Source of the DNA: an uncultured Desulfurellales bacterium
GTDB taxonomy: Bacteria; Campylobacterota_A; Desulfurellia; Desulfurellales; CAZERD01
Direction: 5' to 3'
DNA length: 64,000 nucleotides
Assembly (NCBI GenBank): GCA_964515405.1
Contig: CAZERD010000001.1
Span: 7,629-71,628, forward strand
In this document: in pieces, positions 60,661-64,000 of the stretch
Layout of the letters: every line of letters begins with the position of its first letter
How positions within the stretch are numbered: position 1 is the first letter of the stretch
The notes under the pieces: generated by a model
Told to the model about the DNA's origin: nothing
The model's input: the letters and a program-made list of their open reading frames with translations, nothing else
Database searches by the model: none
Made by a program: the position numbers and the translations under genes

Positions 60661-60968
60661 TTCTATCTCTTTGGTCTTCTTACGTTTGACCTGGAGGAGG
60701 TGTGAGTTTGGCTGCTCGTGTTGTGATGATGTGCGATGGTAGGATACTGTGAGTGGGCTCTCTTGAGGATATATTTGCTGTCCTGATTGATGGTTTTGTT
60801 GCTGACTTTGTTGAAGCCAGCACATTTGGATGTGTGGTTTCAGATTATGAGGGTAATTTGACAGTTATTGATATTAATGAGAGGTTGAAACTGTATTTCT
60901 CTGACAGAGAAATTGTTGTAGCCGTTAGGCCTGAGAGGATTATGTTTTCCAGGAACCCCTGGGTTTAA
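60661..60968 (+). pseudogene. Degraded 3' fragment of a ModC/CysA/PotA-type ABC ATPase gene
   Basis: Three pieces read as one ABC ATPase C-terminus. TFDLEEV (H-loop region) is followed by a frameshift. LAARVVMMCDGRIL is followed by an in-frame TGA at 60750. The last piece is VGSLEDIF...FVADFVEA...VAVRPERIMF (ORF 60753..60968). The Walker A/B half is absent. Confidence 0.6.
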
Positions 60969-61129
60969 GAGGAGGGTCGGTGCTTGATGTGAATGTTTGC
61001 CATTCAGGGCTTTGCTTACAATTAATGCCTGTGAGTTTCTTGAGTTGACCCGTGGTTCTGAGTTCTGAGGTGTTTGTTCAAATGGAGAGCAGGCATGCCA
61101 GAATAAGAGGTTGATGGATAAGTGTGGTG

Positions 61130-61158
61130 TTGACTTTATTCTGTAGATAGTGTATAAA
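61130..61158 (+). promoter_or_regulatory. Sigma-70-type promoter for the trp leader and operon
   Basis: TTGACT (61130-61135), 17 nt, TATAAA (61153-61158). Confidence 0.55.
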
Positions 61159-61186
61159 TAAATGTATGAATGGAAGGAAAGGATTA

Positions 61187-61222
61187 ATGCTCCATAGAAG
61201 CTGGTGGTGGGATAGCCGTTAA
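61187..61222 (+). CDS. trp operon leader peptide MLHRSWWWDSR
   Basis: 11-codon ORF with three consecutive TGG codons (61202-61210). GGAAGGAAAGGA lies upstream. It sits between the promoter and two terminators, directly upstream of trpE. Confidence 0.65.
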   Translation: MLHRSWWWDSR

Positions 61223-61233
61223 AGGGCTATCCC
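61209..61233 (+). promoter_or_regulatory. Leader hairpin (segments 1:2) overlapping the last Trp codon and the leader stop codon
   Basis: GGGATAGCC (61209-61217) pairs perfectly with GGCTATCCC (61225-61233). Segment 2 can alternatively pair with GGGATAG at 61276-61282. Confidence 0.55.
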
Positions 61234-61249
61234 TTGGAAGGTAAAGAGA

Positions 61250-61318
61250 GCCGCTTGAGGGCTGGCTCCTTTTAGGGGATAGACCTTAAAGGGGGTAAGC
61301 CATCGGGCGGCTTTTTTT
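61250..61318 (+). terminator. Attenuator terminator T1 (long imperfect hairpin + T7)
   Basis: 61250-61277 pairs with 61284-61311. By hand count that is 20 Watson-Crick pairs, 6 GU pairs and 2 mismatches, with a 6-nt loop, followed by TTTTTTT (61312-61318). Confidence 0.55.
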
Positions 61319-61322
61319 ATTG

Positions 61323-61366
61323 GCCGCTTGGTCCGATGGCCAACCATTGGATCGGGCGGCTTTTTT
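61323..61366 (+). terminator. Attenuator terminator T2 (17-bp hairpin + T6)
   Basis: 61323-61339 pairs with 61344-61360 (13 Watson-Crick and 4 GU pairs, CCAA tetraloop), followed by TTTTTT. It ends 14 nt before the trpE ATG. Confidence 0.65.
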
Positions 61367-61379
61367 GTTGGGGGGTGAT

Positions 61380-62819
61380 ATGGCGTTTACTAGGGATGAA
61401 TTTATCAAAGAGGCGGAGTGTGGATCGGAGAGGGTGGTTTTGTACAGAGAGGTTGGGGGAGATATGGATACCCCTGTGTCTCTCCTTCTTAAAGTTGCGG
61501 GAGATAGGAGGTGTTTTCTGCTTGAGAGTGCTAACATCAAGAAGGTTTATAGCAGGTTTTCCTTTCTGGGGTTTGATGTTGAATCTGAGTATGTGATTAG
61601 GGACGATGGGCTTTATTTGGACGGTAGACATGTGGGGGATCTTGGGGAGATAGAAAGGTTTCTCTCAGAGAATAGAACGGTCAGCGTATCGGAATGGAAT
61701 TTTGCTGGGGGATTGGTTGGCTATTTTGCTTTTGAGTTTGTAGATAAAACGCCCGTTCTTAAGAAACCCCTGAGCAAGAAACACGATACACTTGCTAAAC
61801 TGTTCCTGGTGGAGAGATTCTTGGTCTATGATAACTATACTAACAGATTGTATCTTGGGGTATCAAAGAAAGTGGATCATTTCTCTTGTGATTTTGGTTT
61901 TTCTGAGGCAAAAAGTGAGCTTGATCTCCTTGAGAGTGAGCTTTTTAAGAGGCGTGGATTCTTAGAGCCTGTCGCAGTTGGGCCGCGGGTAGTAGACATG
62001 GGTTTTTCCAAGCGTGAGTTTGAGAAGACCGTGTCGTATGTGAGGGAGTTGATAGGATGTGGTGAAGCTATTCAGGTGGTTGTAAGCAATTTTTACGATA
62101 TCCTTGGTATAGATCCCTTTGAGTTTTATAGGGCTTTGAGAAGGTTGAACCCTTCTCCTTATATGTACTTTTTTAAGGATGGGGATGAGTTTGTTGTTGG
62201 TTCGAGCCCGGAAATACATGTTAGGAAGAGGGGAGATAGGATTACCATAAAACCGATAGCTGGAACAAGGCCTCGTGGGGCTACAGAGGAAGAGCTGACG
62301 AGATTCAGAGAAGAGTTGATTTCTGATGAGAAGGAAAGGGCGGAACATTTAATGCTTGTGGATCTTGCCAGGAATGATCTATCCAGTGTTTGCAGAATTG
62401 GAAGCCTTGAGGTGTCAAGCTTCATGGATATAGAGGAGTATTCACATGTGATTCACCTTGTTTCTGAGGTGAATGCTCTGTTGGGTGATGGGTTTTCCGA
62501 GATTGATTTGCTGAAGAACACATTTCCTGCTGGTACACTCAGCGGTGCCCCAAAGAGCAGAGCCGTTGAGATTATAGACGAGGTGGAAAGAGAGGTTCGC
62601 TCCTGCTACGGTGGATGTATTGGATATATTGGATTCAATGGAGACATGGATATGGCTATAACGATAAGGACAGCTGTGTTTAGGCAAGGTGTTGCTAGGT
62701 TCCAAGCTGGTGCGGGTATCATCTATGACAGTGACCCTGAGAGGGAGTACTACGAAACGATAAATAAGCTCGCTGCTCTAGCGAGGGCAGGAGGTGTTGA
62801 TGATAGTATTGATAGATAA
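61380..62819 (+). CDS. trpE: Anthranilate synthase component I
   Basis: I chose the ATG at 61380 because GGGGGGTGA lies upstream; the ORF-track start at 61320 lies inside the terminators. Motifs LARNDL, GTLSGAPK and the N-terminal LLES segment. Confidence 0.9.
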   Translation: MAFTRDEFIKEAECGSERVVLYREVGGDMDTPVSLLLKVAGDRRCFLLESANIKKVYSRFSFLGFDVESEYVIRDDGLYLDGRHVGDLGEIERFLSENRTVSVSEWNFAGGLVGYFAFEFVDKTPVLKKPLSKKHDTLAKLFLVERFLVYDNYTNRLYLGVSKKVDHFSCDFGFSEAKSELDLLESELFKRRGFLEPVAVGPRVVDMGFSKREFEKTVSYVRELIGCGEAIQVVVSNFYDILGIDPFEFYRALRRLNPSPYMYFFKDGDEFVVGSSPEIHVRKRGDRITIKPIAGTRPRGATEEELTRFREELISDEKERAEHLMLVDLARNDLSSVCRIGSLEVSSFMDIEEYSHVIHLVSEVNALLGDGFSEIDLLKNTFPAGTLSGAPKSRAVEIIDEVEREVRSCYGGCIGYIGFNGDMDMAITIRTAVFRQGVARFQAGAGIIYDSDPEREYYETINKLAALARAGGVDDSIDR

Positions 62820-63372
62820 CTATGATTCCTTTACATACAACATATACTATTATCTGCGTCTCGTCGTTGATGAGGTGGAGGTTCTGAAAAGTCTTGAATC
62901 CTTCAGCAAACTGAGGTACTTGGATCCTGATGGAATAGTTATTTCGCCGGGCCCATCTTTTCCTGATGAGAACAGCCTGAGTTTTGAGGCCATAGATGGG
63001 TTCTATGGGAAGGTTCCCATACTTGGGATATGCCTAGGCATGCAGTTTTTGGGATTATACTTGGGTGCCTCTGTGAGGAGAGCTAAAAGCATTATGCATG
63101 GGAAGGTTGATACTATTAAGATTACAAAGGAGTCGAGGATGCTTGAGGGATTGGGCAAGGAGTTTGAGGCTGTTCGGTATCACTCGCTTGTTGTAGATGG
63201 AGATGTACCGGTTGTTGCTGTATCCAGACGTGATGGTGAGTTTATGGCTTTAGAGTACGAAGCAATGGGCATCTATGGAGTTCAGTTTCACCCAGAGTCC
63301 TACTTAACCAAGAATGGAATTACGGTTATAAAGAATTTCCTGGAGGTGGTTGATGATTGGAGAGATGCTTGA
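62800..63372 (+). CDS. trpG: Anthranilate synthase component II (glutamine amidotransferase)
   Basis: I chose the ATG at 62800 (GGAGGTG upstream). The N-terminus reads MIVLIDNYDSFTYN. Catalytic residues are in GICLGMQ and HPES. Confidence 0.9.
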   Translation: MIVLIDNYDSFTYNIYYYLRLVVDEVEVLKSLESFSKLRYLDPDGIVISPGPSFPDENSLSFEAIDGFYGKVPILGICLGMQFLGLYLGASVRRAKSIMHGKVDTIKITKESRMLEGLGKEFEAVRYHSLVVDGDVPVVAVSRRDGEFMALEYEAMGIYGVQFHPESYLTKNGITVIKNFLEVVDDWRDA

Positions 63373-64000
63373 GAAACTCAAACGGAGGGATGAGTTAAGT
63401 CAGGATGAGGTTTTCTATGTGTTTGATAGGATGTTGACTGGCGGTTTGGGCGATGAGGAGGTGGGAGAGTTTTTAAAACTACTTGCTTTTAGGGGAGAGA
63501 CACCGTCCGAGGTTGCAGCGTGTGTGAAGGCTGTTTTGAAGCATGCTGTGACTGTGGACACTGGGATGGAGCTTCTGGATACGTGTGGTACGGGGGGTGA
63601 TGGGAAGTTTACGTTTAATATATCAACAGCCTCGGCCATCGTGTGTTCTGTACATGTTCCTGTGGCGAAGCATGGGAATAGATCGGTTAGTTCAAGGTCG
63701 GGTTCGGCTGATGTACTTGAAAAGCTGGGTATACCTGTAGATATGGATGCAGATCAGGCTATTGACAGTTTGAAAAGAAACAATTTTGTTTTCCTGTTTG
63801 CTCAGAGATTTCATCCTGCCATGAGATATGTGGCTCCCATAAGAAAGAAGCTGGGTGTAAGAACTGTTTTTAATCTCGTTGGTCCTCTTGCCAATCCTTT
63901 TATGCCCAAGCATCAGCTTATAGGTGTGTTTGATAGAGCTTTTTTGCCCGTACTGTGCGAGGCTGCCCTTATGCTTGGTAGAAGAGATATATGTTTTGTA
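63353..64000 (+). CDS. trpD: Anthranilate phosphoribosyltransferase (3' end truncated by window edge)
   Basis: This frame is not in the ORF track because it is open to the window end. My translation gives MIGEMLEKLKRRDELSQDEV...CGTGGDGKFTFNIST...KHGNRSVSSRSGSADVLE. GGAGGTGG lies upstream, and the gene overlaps the trpG end by 20 nt. Confidence 0.9.
   Translation, partial: MIGEMLEKLKRRDELSQDEVFYVFDRMLTGGLGDEEVGEFLKLLAFRGETPSEVAACVKAVLKHAVTVDTGMELLDTCGTGGDGKFTFNISTASAIVCSVHVPVAKHGNRSVSSRSGSADVLEKLGIPVDMDADQAIDSLKRNNFVFLFAQRFHPAMRYVAPIRKKLGVRTVFNLVGPLANPFMPKHQLIGVFDRAFLPVLCEAALMLGRRDICFV

Noticed and set aside
61064-61100. A tRNA-like GTTCAAAT (T-loop-like) sequence and a tandem GTTCTGA-GTTCTGA duplication in the non-coding gap.
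   Set aside because: The flanking bases cannot form a T-stem or an acceptor stem. The 7-nt duplication is too short to be meaningful.
61187-61300. The alternative trp control mechanisms of Bacillus type: TRAP-binding (G/U)AG triplet repeats, or a tRNA-Trp T-box.
   Set aside because: There is no series of about 11 GAG/UAG triplets at 2-3 nt spacing, and no T-box specifier loop or conserved T-box sequence. The WWW leader ORF plus alternative hairpins fits ribosome-mediated attenuation better.

Overview
This is a compact chromosomal window with about 62 protein-coding genes, almost no intergenic space and many 1-30 nt start/stop overlaps. Coding strands are purine-rich with AGG/AGA arginine codons, which suggests a thermophile, but I cannot name the organism. 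I found no rRNA, tRNA, CRISPR array, transposase, integrase or prophage gene by eye.

Gene content, left to right:
- Plus strand: an Opp/Dpp-type peptide ABC transporter (5' end cut by the window edge), then thiC, birA and a GGDEF cyclase.
- Plus strand: hisC, tyrA, cmk, ispH, an IMPase/FBPase-family gene and a Znu/Tro-like metal ABC transporter.
- Minus strand: asd, an Rrf2 regulator, trxA and trxB.
- Plus strand: a large PAS/GAF/GGDEF/EAL signalling protein.
- Minus strand, about 15 kb: trpB2; then rpsF, ssb, rpsR, rplI, dnaB, uvrA and a LOG-like gene; then modBC-like genes, a DsbC-like gene, an AsmA-like gene and a sigma-54 activator that lacks a DNA-binding domain.
- Plus strand: TRAP transporter genes dctPQM, an amidohydrolase-like gene, and a KamA-family radical-SAM gene coupled to a MoaE-like gene.
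- Minus strand, about 20 kb: a 610-aa unknown protein; then dnaN, recF, gyrB, gyrA, a polyprenyl synthase, hemA, hemC and a hemD-like gene; then split transketolase, ftsE, ftsX, an envC-like gene, ctp, a yibQ-like gene and tsaD.
- Plus strand: a TauE/SafE-family exporter, an ABC-ATPase gene relic, and trpE, trpG, trpD (3' end cut by the window edge).

Items most worth a second look:
1. A trp leader encoding MLHRSWWWDSR, followed by two tandem terminators that share arm sequences.
2. A 610-aa protein with repeated winged-helix-like motifs, its own strong promoter and SD, sitting where dnaA normally precedes dnaN.
3. A translationally coupled KamA-like aminomutase and MoaE-like gene pair.
4. An FtsE whose Walker A, Q-loop, signature and H-loop motifs are degenerate while the window's other ABC ATPases are canonical.
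5. A dsbC-like, asmA-like and DBD-less sigma-54 activator operon.

All calls rest on reading the ORF translations and the DNA by eye. No database search was run.
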